Below, one piece after another: positions 1 through 10,934 of a stretch of DNA of 64,000 nucleotides. Every line of letters starts with the position of its first letter. Position 1 is the stretch's first letter. Location: NCBI GenBank assembly GCA_013416795.1, contig RQSC01000397.1, positions 15,239 to 79,238 of the forward strand. Direction: 5' to 3'. The stretch comes from Prasinococcaceae sp. CCMP 1430. Its lineage: Eukaryota; Plantae; Prasinodermophyta. The notes beneath the pieces are model-generated. The model saw only the letters and a list, made by a program, of their open reading frames with translations, did no database searches and was not told the DNA's origin. The translations under genes and the position numbers were made by a program.

Positions 1-4
1 TGCG

Positions 5-3000
5 ATGCTGTATCGCCTCATCGACTCGTCGCGCGCGTTTCTCGCGGCCAGTGAAGGCGGCAACACCCTTGCGGTCCGCAATAGCTTGAGTATTCCTGTG
101 TGGCTTCGTGCTGTGCACAGCTCTTCGCGTGGGGATGACTACCATGTGGTTGCAAGTGGTGAGCGAACGATCCTGCCCATGCCTGTCGAGAGCACTGAGG
201 ATTTAGGTGCTCGAGCGCACCTGGAGGCACCAGAGTACATTAGCGTGCAGATTGTCGCACTGAGGCAAGTTCCACATCGCAAGGGACGATTGCAATGCCA
301 GGTGCGCGCGCGTGTCGATCGCACTGGGCATAGCAAGGCCGTGACGCGCTGGAACCAGGCGGACAGCGGCGGCTCGTCCGATGCGCCTGCTTTCTCCGAG
401 GTCGCTTTCGATGAGTGCTTTCTGCTGCACGCCGACACAGCAGCGTCAACTTGCCCAATGCTGCATTTCGAAGCTGGGTGTGCCCTTAGTGGGGACCCGA
501 CCAACGCAGAGGTGCTGCGGGCGTCTGCAACGATTGATGTGAGCGGGCTCCCGCTTGCTCGCGCACTTGAGACGGTTGACCGCACCTCGCTCATCCTTGC
601 TCACTGCGAAGGTGAGCTACATCTCGATGTTCGCATAGCAAGGTCCGATGGCTACGCGAAGAGGGCAAGTTTGAGCCTCGAGAAGGCCACGTCGGCCGCG
701 GAAGCTGGTGCTGCACCCTGCAAGCTCCTCTTTAGCGTCCGCGATCCGCATGGCGACGCGAGCGTCGCTGAAGATGGCGCTGGGTGGCATGACATGCCCG
801 TGCATGTGGCCATGCCGATGGTGCATGACATCCTGGAGAGCGGCGCATCCGCTGCAGGGATCCCGCGCACTTCGCACACCGTTATTACAAGCGTCACTAT
901 TCAGGGCGGCAGGCGACTGGTAGACATCCGAGCGCCCGTCGTTGTCCAGAACAAAACTGGTCATGAATTGGCACTCGGCATCAGCAACTCGGCGGAGGGT
1001 ATCGCCGGCAGCTCTACGGATTTGCCAGGCTCACCAAGCCCTCGTGCAGGTGCCTTCAATGTGACCGAGCACGAGGTTTTCGAAAACCAGCGATTTCTGC
1101 CCTTCAAGGGCTTCAAAGGGACCCACCTGTTCCCAACTGAACGCAAGTCGTGGCAGTACACGGTGCACGGCAAGGGCACGAGCTCCAGCAGCGATCCTCG
1201 TGAGGGCGGTGTTCGAAAGCATCCCGATGGTCGGGCCGCCCAGCCCTGGCTCGAGGATGGCGCGGAATGGGTCAGCGCGTGGGAGGTAGACCTCCTCGGC
1301 CTCGCGCAAAACGCCGTCGACAAAGACGGCTGGGCTTACGCATTCGACTTTTCAGGGGCATCCATGGGCATGTGGAAGCCTCACGCCGGCCAAGGCAAGA
1401 ATGGGACGGGATGCTTCGTGCGTCGTCGTAGATGGTTGAGGCGGGCTCGGAGTCCAGGCTCGGCTTTAGGATCGAGCGCCAGTGCAGGCGCAGGTGCGTC
1501 GGGGTCTACCGCACTCTCCCTCCGGGGCTCTGATTACCGTTACGCTGGTTCCATAGGCCAGGGGGGGCTCAGCGCGCTGCCGCACTCGGCTGTGTCCGCA
1601 TTGTTGGGCACGGAACTCGTCTTTGCCGTGACAGAGGGCGATGAGCGGATCAGTGGCTGGAGTGAAATTGCGCACAGCCAGAGTGGAGGGGGGGTCGTTC
1701 CGTCACTGCTTCGACCCCAGCGCTGGCTCATGCGCTGCGCATCTGGTGCGGATTACACATACCTCTGTGCTGAGGCGTCGCAGACCAAGATCGGTGTGTC
1801 TGCGGACTCGGATTGGACTCTAACGATCACCGCCCCATTGAGCGTCACCAACGCGCTTCCGTTCCCCGTAGCGGTCGAACTGTGGGAGAAGCCCAAGTAC
1901 GAAAAGCAGCCGACGAAGCAAATGGCTCTGTCGGACCTGAAGCCTGGCGACACATGCAATGCGTATCACGTTGATTTGGCGCGCCCGTCATACCTCTCGC
2001 TGCGCCACGGCATGGCAGGCGGCGGAATCGGGAGGGTCCCTCTGTTTGTTGTGCACGACTACGTGCAGGCGCGCGCCAAGCGGCACATGGACGAGGCCGC
2101 GTTGGTCCTGGGCGATGAAACCTACGAATTGCGTCTCCCCAGCGGCCGGACTGTTGCCATTACCGTCGAGAGGAAGTGTGCTGACAATTTTGATGCGGCG
2201 GCGTCGGTGTCGGTTCGCTTTCACGCGCCTTTCTGGCTCAACAAGCACATGCGAATGCCCCTCGCGTACAGCATCTTGCGCCAGCGTGGGTCGGTAGGAG
2301 ACGACGGTGCCTTCAATCCAGCCGAGGCGTCGCACGCGACGCTTGTTGAGGAGATAGGCTGCGGTGGATTAACGAACATCGCTGCCGTGCCTGCCAGTGT
2401 CGGGGATGCGGACACCCTGCTACTCCGCGTGGGCGTCCTGACAGGCGAAGAGACGGTGTGGAGCGGTAGTGTGCCCATCTACGACGGGGGCACGGGCGCG
2501 CCGGCTTTTGGAACGTATGCTATCGACCTCGTCGAGGCCGGTGGGCGCATGACGTTCCCTGCAGCCGTTGCCATCGAGGAAGGGGAGGGCGCCTACGCGT
2601 CGACTGCAATGGTGAACGTAAGGCCACGTGACACGATCACAAATCGCGCAGGCCTCGACCTGTGGCTCTTTGAGGACACGGTCGAGGACGGCCGCGGCAC
2701 CCTGCTGCAAGCCGGCGCCGTTGACCGTGGCCTCTCTTGGTCTGTTGACGACATGGCCGAGCGCGTGGTGCGCATCGCGGTGGACGCCGGGGGCGTGCCC
2801 AACACGCGCGTTGTGGTGAGGGGCACAAGCGAGATACGTGTTTACGGCGCCATCCAGGAGGACGTGCATCTCTGCTGCATCTGCCAACCGGGCAGTCTGG
2901 GTTCGTACCACTTGGAGCTCAACCTTGTGGCTCTGCACGAGTTGCCGTACCGCATCGAGAATCGGTCAGAGTACGAGCTGGCTCTGCTCGAGACCAGCCA

Positions 3001-4603
3001 GAGGCCTGTTGCTCTGAGCCCTTTCGCGGCTATGGGCTGGGTGTGGACGAGCAGCGACCAGCTTGACCAGGCCATGCGCATCGGTGTCACTGGCAGCAAC
3101 GCGGTGAGCGACGAGCTGCGGCTTGACGATGATCCGCGGCTCTTCGAGTGCTCCGCATTTGGCGACGCAGACCAGCGCCTCCGCGCGTGGCTGCAGGACG
3201 ATGGGCATAAGCGGGTGTTGGTTGTGGCGCCTTCAAAGCTCTCCATGGTGCAGCACGCGACCACGCCTGCCTTTGACGAGTCATCAGCAAGTGGAAACAT
3301 GGGAGCATTGCGCTCAGCCAATGCAGCAGGTGTCGGCGTTCCCGGCGTTTGCGAGACGCGCATGCTGCTGCCCGAGATTGGCCTGAGCGTCATCGACAGC
3401 ACTCCTGAGGAGCTCGCGTACGTCTGTCTCCATGGCGCGAGTGTGGGTATCACTCGATGCAGGACAGTGACGCAAGCTCTCGTGAAGGTACAGTCCGCGC
3501 AAGTCGACAATTGCCTCGTTGGTACGCCTTTCCCGGTGATGCTCGTGCCAGGAACGTCGCAGGAACCGGACATCTCATTCACGCTGGTGACCTCGAACAA
3601 CCTTCCTGGCGTCACGGAGGTACCCTTCTGCAAGGTAGCGCTCTCGAGCGGTACGCACCACGTCTACGTGCACGAGCGTCTTGTGTGGCGACTGATGGAT
3701 TTTGTGGCGGAGATCGGTCTGGAGAGACTGGCGGTGCCTGACGGCGATGCGCCGCGTGCTTTCGACAACCTGGTGCGACTGGACCGCCTGCGCATCGAGC
3801 GCGGCAAGGCCAAGGTCACAATCAAGGTGTCTCCCGAGAATCGCCCTGGCTGGCTGTCGAACGACGCCGTCAGCGCGGGGCTGAGCCTAGTGGACGGTGT
3901 GGCTCTGCCTTTGAATCTGCGGCCCATCACGCTCGACAGATTTTATGACCGTCAGAGCAAGCTGACCGCGCGCCTTGTCAAGGCAGTGACCGACCAGATG
4001 ATTCGCCAAGCCATGCGGGTACTCACCAAAAATGTGGGGGTGCTCCTGAGCAACGTCGCCACGTCAGTGCAGTTCGTCAACAACAAACTCGCCGGGCTTT
4101 CAATGGATAAGAAGTACATTCGCGAGCGCGCCAAGGCGCGCAGCGCTGTGCAGATCGGTGACCTTGCGGATGGCCTTGTCGAGGGCAGTGACGCGCTCGC
4201 GCACGGGCTTCTTAGGGGAGTCACTGGCGTGTTCCTGAAGCCTGTGGAGGGCGCTAAAAAGGATGGGATCAAGGGTTTCGTCAAGGGGGTCGGCAAGGGT
4301 GTCATCGGCCTCGCCACTCAGCCTGTTACAGGCGTGATCGACTTCGCTACGCAAACCGCTGAGGGCGCAATCAGAACCATCGACAAGGTCACGGACAAGG
4401 TCAAGGAGGTCGGCGAGGAGGCTCTGACAGGGAGTTCAAGTGCTGACGGCGCGGGCCACGGGCGTGCCCGCGTCCCTCGCGCCCTGCTCGACGGACGCAT
4501 CGAAGACTACGAAGAGAGCCTCGCCATGGCATACCACAGCCGTCGTGAGCATGACCATGCTCAGCAGCTTTTGATGCGGAAGGCGTCGAGGAATTTGTTC
4601 TAG
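5..4603 (+). CDS. VPS13: VPS13-family lipid transfer protein, C-terminal part (5' end outside window)
   Basis: Long open frame with VAB/SHR-BD-like repeats (FHAPFWLN, PYRIENRS), APT1-like region (LPEIGLSVID...EELAY, QVDN) and the C-terminal glycine-rich helix region (GLLRGVTGVFLKPVEGAKKDGIKGFVKGVGKGVIG). Also a DysF/peroxin-like segment at ~1060-1445. Confidence 0.9.
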   Translation: MLYRLIDSSRAFLAASEGGNTLAVRNSLSIPVWLRAVHSSSRGDDYHVVASGERTILPMPVESTEDLGARAHLEAPEYISVQIVALRQVPHRKGRLQCQVRARVDRTGHSKAVTRWNQADSGGSSDAPAFSEVAFDECFLLHADTAASTCPMLHFEAGCALSGDPTNAEVLRASATIDVSGLPLARALETVDRTSLILAHCEGELHLDVRIARSDGYAKRASLSLEKATSAAEAGAAPCKLLFSVRDPHGDASVAEDGAGWHDMPVHVAMPMVHDILESGASAAGIPRTSHTVITSVTIQGGRRLVDIRAPVVVQNKTGHELALGISNSAEGIAGSSTDLPGSPSPRAGAFNVTEHEVFENQRFLPFKGFKGTHLFPTERKSWQYTVHGKGTSSSSDPREGGVRKHPDGRAAQPWLEDGAEWVSAWEVDLLGLAQNAVDKDGWAYAFDFSGASMGMWKPHAGQGKNGTGCFVRRRRWLRRARSPGSALGSSASAGAGASGSTALSLRGSDYRYAGSIGQGGLSALPHSAVSALLGTELVFAVTEGDERISGWSEIAHSQSGGGVVPSLLRPQRWLMRCASGADYTYLCAEASQTKIGVSADSDWTLTITAPLSVTNALPFPVAVELWEKPKYEKQPTKQMALSDLKPGDTCNAYHVDLARPSYLSLRHGMAGGGIGRVPLFVVHDYVQARAKRHMDEAALVLGDETYELRLPSGRTVAITVERKCADNFDAAASVSVRFHAPFWLNKHMRMPLAYSILRQRGSVGDDGAFNPAEASHATLVEEIGCGGLTNIAAVPASVGDADTLLLRVGVLTGEETVWSGSVPIYDGGTGAPAFGTYAIDLVEAGGRMTFPAAVAIEEGEGAYASTAMVNVRPRDTITNRAGLDLWLFEDTVEDGRGTLLQAGAVDRGLSWSVDDMAERVVRIAVDAGGVPNTRVVVRGTSEIRVYGAIQEDVHLCCICQPGSLGSYHLELNLVALHELPYRIENRSEYELALLETSQRPVALSPFAAMGWVWTSSDQLDQAMRIGVTGSNAVSDELRLDDDPRLFECSAFGDADQRLRAWLQDDGHKRVLVVAPSKLSMVQHATTPAFDESSASGNMGALRSANAAGVGVPGVCETRMLLPEIGLSVIDSTPEELAYVCLHGASVGITRCRTVTQALVKVQSAQVDNCLVGTPFPVMLVPGTSQEPDISFTLVTSNNLPGVTEVPFCKVALSSGTHHVYVHERLVWRLMDFVAEIGLERLAVPDGDAPRAFDNLVRLDRLRIERGKAKVTIKVSPENRPGWLSNDAVSAGLSLVDGVALPLNLRPITLDRFYDRQSKLTARLVKAVTDQMIRQAMRVLTKNVGVLLSNVATSVQFVNNKLAGLSMDKKYIRERAKARSAVQIGDLADGLVEGSDALAHGLLRGVTGVFLKPVEGAKKDGIKGFVKGVGKGVIGLATQPVTGVIDFATQTAEGAIRTIDKVTDKVKEVGEEALTGSSSADGAGHGRARVPRALLDGRIEDYEESLAMAYHSRREHDHAQQLLMRKASRNLF

Positions 4604-4604
4604 T

Positions 4605-4646
4605 TGGACTAGTCTATTCATTCGCAGGTAGTCAGGGACTAGTCAA
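4605..4646. repeat. Short inverted repeat with two GACTAGTC palindromes
   Basis: GACTAGTC at 4607-4614 and 4637-4644; the loop contains GTAGTCA, as does the 45217 element. Confidence 0.55.
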
Positions 4647-4923
4647 ATGCCATCGTAGCAATCACTTTTGACACGGGAATGGGCATGCACAGAGAGCTGG
4701 GCGTGCCACAGGCGAGCGTCCGGGCGGCGCTCCCCGCCACCGCACACACACACACCGCCACCACTGTCAAATACCCCCTGTGCGCGCGTCGAGAGGAGAG
4801 AGCGGGCGGGCGCGGTGCCTGCCTGCCCTCCTCTCGCCCCTCCCACGGCGTCCCTCCGCCCCGCGCCCACGAGCGCGCCCCACGCGGGGGCACCGCCCGC
4901 CCACCAGGGCAGCCGCGTGCGCC

Positions 4924-5232
4924 ATGCCCTACGTGTCGTCGGGCGGCCAGGTGCAGCAGCGGCGCACCTGGCTGCGCCTGTCCCTCGTGACGGACTTCCT
5001 CGCGGCGGTGATGAATACGGTGTCGTTCTTCTTCCAGACGCTTATGAATCCTGAGGCGGCCGACCGCTACGTGAATGAGCGCCGCGCGCGCGGTCACATC
5101 GGCGGCGGCGGCGGCGGTGGCGCGCAGCGCCGCGGAGGCGGGCAGCGCGGCGGCGCTCGCATAGCCGGCATGGGCAACCTTCGAAAGACTGTTAACCACC
5201 CCTCCATGGGCGGTGGTGGATGAGGAAGGTGA
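4924..5232 (+). CDS. SELENOK: Selenoprotein K (SelK/SelG family); Sec encoded by TGA at 5221-5223
   Basis: MPYVSSGGQV start, one hydrophobic helix, Gly/Arg-rich tail, then GGA-TGA-GGA-AGG-TGA = G-U-G-R-stop, the typical SelK C-terminus. SECIS lies just downstream. Confidence 0.9.
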
Positions 5233-5265
5233 GGGCATAGCACGGCATGGCGCAGCGCACGCGAG

Positions 5266-5345
5266 GCGGGCTCACATGACGCCGCGGCGGGAAAGACGGC
5301 AGGAAAGACCTCCTCCGCCCGCGGCCGAGAATCCCACGAGCCCGC
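5266..5345 (+). promoter_or_regulatory. SECIS element in the SelK 3' UTR
   Basis: Helix I GCGGGCTC(5266-5273)/GAGCCCGC(5338-5345); core ATGAC(5276-5280)...CGAG(5326-5329); helix II GCCGCGGCGG pairing with CCGCCCGCGGC; apical AAA (5292-5294) with an AGG/CCT mini-stem. Confidence 0.88.
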
Positions 5346-5429
5346 GCAACACACTCGCGTCGCAGCGCCCGCCGGCACGCGCCACCATACTCCCGGTATG
5401 CTCTGCGACCTTGGCTACCACCGGGTGTC

Positions 5430-5434
5430 TGTAA
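5430..5434 (+). promoter_or_regulatory. UGUAA-type polyadenylation signal (SelK)
   Basis: TGTAA ~200 nt after the SelK stop. The same pentamer follows other genes (10809-10813, 22856-22860); UGUAA is the known chlorophyte signal. Confidence 0.5.
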
Positions 5435-5684
5435 TTGTGTATCTTCTTGAAGTATTACTCCAGTACTAGAGCCGAGTAGCGTACACTTGCGTGCGACCCA
5501 CTGCGCGAGGCGACCCGCGCTTGTAAACAAGACGAGCGGCCACGCGCGGTGCTTGCAAGCCTCACCGCAGCTGCCCCCCCCCCCCCCCGGCGGCGAGCGC
5601 GGTGCCGCGCGCGGACGTTGTGGAGCGTCAAGAGATGTGAGTCTGTTGTGATTAGCGAGCGAGCATGCGCGCGCATTCGCATTA

Positions 5685-7845
5685 TTATCTGGCGCCCAGT
5701 GCGGCCTGGATGGAGACGTCTGCGTCGACGTCTTCCTCAAGAGCCTCAAGGGCCCTGCTTACGTCTGGGAGGCACCCCAGCAGCGAGTGCTGCGCGAGCG
5801 GTCCGCCGGCGAGCGTTTTTGCTAGCTCAAGGCGTACGTTGGCGACGGGATCCGATGCGAGTCGCAGCAACATGGGCACGAACTCCGCCACCATGATGTC
5901 GGTGTCCACCTCGCGCGCCATGTGAGAACACACGCGTGCGTACAGCTGGCGCTCACGGTAGTTGCTGCTCAGCGACATGGCGCGCAACGCCTCGATGGTG
6001 CCGCGCGCGAGCGCGTCTGTGGCAACATTGCGCACATTCGAACGCCGCACGAGCGCGCACGCCAGCACGCAAGGCGTGGCTTCCGCAGCGCGATTGCGCA
6101 CTGACGCCACGGGGTCACGCAGGAGCGCGAGCGCTGCCGGCAGCAGGGCCTCGGCGGCAACGCGTGCGCCAGCGAGCTGCGCTAGCTGCGCAAGCGTGCC
6201 TGCCAGCGCTTCGCGCAGGCGCCAATTTTTGCAGCGCTCGGACACGACATCCCTGGCACTTTCGCCCGCGGCCTCGAGGGCGCCCCCTTCCCCAACCACG
6301 CGGGCCAGCGGCAGCCCCGCGATCCACCCCGCCGCGTCGGTAGGCCTCAGCTGCGCGGCGAACTTTGGTGCGGCGGACAACGCTGCCACTGCCACCTCGT
6401 CGAGGTCGCGCAAGAATCTCGACATGGCGGGCACCAGCGCGTCCTGCGCCGCGTCCGGCCCGATCACCTGTGCTAGCTCGTGCAGCGACAGTGCGAGCGT
6501 GCGGCGCACCTTCCATTGCAGCGCACTGCACAGCGAGTCGAAGGCGCCCCTCAGCTCGTCCCAGCGCTCCGCACCTAGCGTGAGCGCCACTGCTGGCAGT
6601 GCAAAGGCACACTCGTAGGTGAGGTCGGTACTTCCGGGCGGGCCAGCCCCACCGCCGCCATCTGGATCGGGATCCGCCATCGCAGTGAAGTAGCTCACCA
6701 CATCCGGTGAGACTTCCTTCCCGCCACAGCGTGCAACGAGCGCACCGAGCGAGCGCAGCGCCGCTGTGCGCACCCACTGGCTCACGTCGTTTGCGAGCTC
6801 CTCGAATACCTCGAGCAGCTCGATACATTGCTCCTGGTCGCACACGGCCGCGACATCGACGACGGACTCAGCGACAGCCTTGCGCACGCTCCACGCTTGA
6901 TTGTGCGTATGTGCGTGCGCGTGTGTGCGTGCGCGTGTGTGCGCGCGCGCGTGTGAGCAACGTCACGCGCACTAAGCGCGCGCGATGGATCGGGTCACGC
7001 AGGAGGCCTTCGTGACGGGCGGGTACGACGACGCACCTCGCGCAGCTGCGCGCCTCCTGCGCGCCCTTTCGCACGCGCGTTCGCACCTTCGTCAGAGGCG
7101 AGCTCGACGAATACCCTGAGCAGCCTTTCGTGCACATCTTCGGCCGCCGCCCCATCCCCCTCAGCGACGGCCGCCATCACCGCCGGCAGGGCGCGAGCGA
7201 GCGCTGCGCGTACCCGAAACTCTGTGTCCTGCCTCAGCCCGAAGCACACCTGCGAGAGCTGCAGGCAGCCCACTCGGGCGCCCATGTGCTTTGCGCTCTC
7301 GCGCGCGACGGCGAGGCCCACAACGCGGCTCTCCTCATCGGCGTCTCCTACCAGCAACTTAATCGACGCCACGCACCGGGCGTGCCCCGCCGTTGGAGCG
7401 TTCTCGGCGAGAGAAGCAAACGCGCGCACCGCGGCCTCTTGCACCTCGTCGACGTCATCAGTGAGAAGCACGACAACAGCGTCGAGCAGGCGAGCGAAGG
7501 ACGTGAGCGTCCCTGAGTCGCCATCGTCGGCGCAACGGGCACTCCACGCGGCCTCGTTTCTGGTTGCGCAGCACACGGCGAGCCTTGCAAGCTGCTCGGC
7601 CGTCGTCTCGCGGATCTCGTCGTCGTCGTCCTCACACAGCTCGGCAAGCGCAGGCAGCACTGCGGGCAGCGCGGTGGCTCCGCCCTCAGCGCCCACGGCC
7701 TCGGCGAGCAATCGCACCTGCACCAGCCGCTGCACTGCCACCTCCGAGCCCGCGTATTTCAGAAAACGCTCCACAGGACTCACGCTCTCCTCGTCCGCAT
7801 CGAGGTCGCTCGCATCGAACGAGTTCACGGGGAACTCGCGCTCGC
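5685..7845 (-). CDS. PPP4R1: Protein phosphatase 4 regulatory subunit 1-like HEAT-repeat protein (exons 7845-7087 and 6895-5685; first exon unresolved)
   Basis: SPVERFLKYAGSEVAVQRL, spliced DE/AWSVRKAVAES, LQWKVRRTLALSLHELAQVIG, NWRLRE and DPVANVRL HEAT motifs. GT-AG intron 7086-6896 keeps the frame. Confidence 0.85.
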
Positions 7846-9162
7846 CTGCGTGCGGGGCAGATGGTTGAGGGTGGCGGGTGGCGATAGAAAGCGTGCGTGC
7901 GCGCGCGTGCAGGTGGACGAGCGCGGAATGTGTCAGTTCTCGTCACCTGCGCATCATCGGGCGCGCCGGCGCTTCATGCACACTCGAGCGTCCGCACGTC
8001 CACGCGCCCTTCCCTACCTTCAAGCTCAGCGTCTGGCCCCGACGCGACGGGCACCCCGCGCCCGCGCGGGCTGGGAGCGTACGCGTCCGCGCGCGCGCCT
8101 CGTGGCGACGGAGCCGGCGATCCAACACCGAAAGTCTGCTCCAGCGGGCGCGAGGACTGTGGCTCCATCCTCTCCGAGCCCGCCCGCGCCTGCGTGACCG
8201 CGTGCGCGCGAGCGCGCGCGGCCGACCGACCAAGCTAGAGGGACGGCGGGCCTTCCAGGCACTCTTCACGCCTCCACTCGCGCGCATCGACCTCCCCACG
8301 CGTCATAGTCACCGCCCTGGCACTCGCAGCGCCCAGCGCTCGCCTGCCCGCCCGCCCGTCGCACCCACGGGCGCGCTGTGGCACGCAGGCGCACAGATTC
8401 CAGGAGGGCGTCCCGGCGAGGATGAGGGGCCACACTGTACACGCGCAGCACCACACACTCTCACCGCGGCCAGGCACGGCGCTGCCCTCCCACGAGCGCG
8501 CTGTGGCGGTCGCGCGATGGCGCGCGCCACACGCGAGACCAGCCACACGCAGCGGGGCGACCGCGAACCCTCCATTGGACACATGTCTTGACCGGAAATT
8601 GATCCAAATCCCGCGCGCGCTGGACCCCGGGCGGGCGGGCCGGAGCGCCCCCGCTACCCTGCCGTTCACCCCCGCGAAACGTCTCCAAAATTCAAATCCG
8701 CCGCCTGCCAGCGAACCGCAAATGATCAGCACTCAACCACCTCGCACTCGATCAATCAACGCGTCCACCGCCAACGGACCGACGGGTGTTGCAACATTGA
8801 TCGAGCTCAACATGCGTGGCTGCTGATTGACGTATCAATCGAATCAATCATTCGCGATCGCGCGCGCGTCGCGCGTGCCCGTCGATCGATGAGCGGCGCA
8901 TCCTCCAGCCAACCATCGGTCGGCGGCGGACGGGCCGTTAAAAGTCCCCCAACCAAAGAGCGCACCGAATGCGGAGACGACTCCAGCAGGCGTCCGAAAA
9001 AACGCGCGCGCGCGGCCGAAATGGAAAATTGCGGGGAAGATTTTCCGAATGCACGCGCGCGCTGGTCGAGTGGCGTGGCGTAGCGCGGGGGCTGTTGAGC
9101 GCCGCCGCGCGTCGGGGCGCGCGTGCGGCGTGGAAGCCCCGGCCGCCGCCCCGCGTGCCGCG

Positions 9163-10698
9163 ATGGCGGACGCCGCCAAGGAGCCGGCCGCCGCCGCGCC
9201 CAAGGCCAAGGCCGAGATCACCATGTTCGACCAGGTGCTGTGGACGCTGCCCGAAGGCGTGCAGCAGTTCGTCAGCGCAAACACGTACGCGATTGGCATC
9301 GCGTGGTCGTGCTTCGGCATTATCGGCTTTCTTGTGGTCTACGGCCTGCTCCAGGTGCGCACGCGCACGCGCACCGCCGCAGCCACGATCGTGCGCGCGC
9401 GGCGCCATCGTGCCGGGCGCCGCAGGCGCCTTTGCGCGGCGGGGGCTGGTACGGGCATGCGAGTGTGTGTCTCTGCGGTATTGGGGATGGAGCGCGATGC
9501 TGGGGAGAGCGCGTGGAGGACGGGGAGGATAGGCGGCGAGATCCTGACGGGCGCGCCGCAATCATCGCGGATCCGCAGGAGCGCATCATGAAGCACCCCT
9601 ACGGCACTGGTGCGGACGAGGAGAGCTTCACGTGGTCGCTTTTCCTGGTCATGACCAACCGCCTGGTGACATGCGCGGTGAACATCGTGCTGTTGTACAC
9701 GTTCGCGCGCTCTGAGATGGCGCCCGTCGCGCCGCTGTACAAGTACGCCGCCGTTTCGGTCTCCAATGTGGTGGCCACCTACTGCCAGGTGCGAGCATTG
9801 CACGCACCTGCCTATCCCCCCCACCCAGCGCGTGCCAGCGCCCCGCGCCCGAGCCCGCGGGTGCGCGGCGCGATCTTTGTCGCCCCACCACATCACACGG
9901 TCAGGTGCTGACGCGCCACCTCTCCGAATGCCTACGGCGCGCGCGCAGTACGAGGCGCTGCGCTACGTGAGCTTCCCACTGCAGACGCTCGGCAAGACGG
10001 CGAAGATGATTCCTGTGATGATCTGGGGCTACTTCATCTCGAAGAAGAAGTACGGCCTGCGCGACTACGGCATCGCGATTGGCGTGACCATCGGCTGCGC
10101 CGTCTTCGTGATGTTCGGCGACGAGTTCGAATCGAAGCGCGCCAACTCAAAGGAGACGTCCATGTACGGCCTGTTCCTGATGGGCGGCTACCTGCTCTTC
10201 GACGGCTTCACGTCGACCTTCCAGGACAAGCTCTTCAGCGGCTACAAGATGTCTACCTACAACCAGATCTTCTACGTGCAGGGCTGCTCCGCTATCTTCT
10301 CGGGCTTCTCGCTGCTCAGCAGCGGCCAGCTGATGCCGGCGCTGAGCTTTGTGCAGCGCCACCCCGACGCCCTCGCGCACGCGTTGACGCTGTCGGGCGC
10401 TTCGACGTGCTCGAACCTCTTCATCAGCTGGACCATCAAGACCTACGGCGCGCTCATCTTCGCGACCATCATGACCACCCGCCAGTTCATTTCCATCCTC
10501 ACATCGTGCATCATGTTCATGCACCCGCTGAGCTGGCCTGGCCAGTACGTCGGCATGGCGATCGTCTTCGCCGCTCTGTACTACAAGAGCTTCACCACGA
10601 AGGACAAAAAGAAGGCCGCCGCAGCGCCGGCGCCTGAGCTTGGGCCTGAGGACGTGGAGGCCGCCAAGGGCCTTCTCGCGCCTGGCCAGTCTGCCTAA
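9163..10698 (+). CDS. UAA-family nucleotide-sugar/PAPS transporter (UTr5/SLC35B2-like); exons 9163-9354, 9579-9788, 9949-10698
   Basis: YGLLQ/ERIM, FLVMTNR, CQ/YEALRYVSFPLQTLGKTAKMIPVM, FDGFTSTFQDKLF, GALIFATIMTTRQ; canonical splice sites. Confidence 0.92.
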
Positions 10699-10934
10699 TA
10701 AACTCTCGTCTGACGCCATCGGCGATGGGGCGAGAGGCGCGCTCGCTGCGGGCTGCGGGCGCGAGCGCAGTTGCCCGCCGCAGCGCAAGCGAGCGTCCCA
10801 CCGTATCATGTAATTGGTGAGGTAGTCACACCGCGCAAACCCCCGGTGGCGCGAGCTACGCTTGAGAGGCGAGGCCTTGGAGGATGCGACGTATTACAGC
10901 GGCGAGCGCCCGCGCGCGCGGCCACTCCCTGTGC

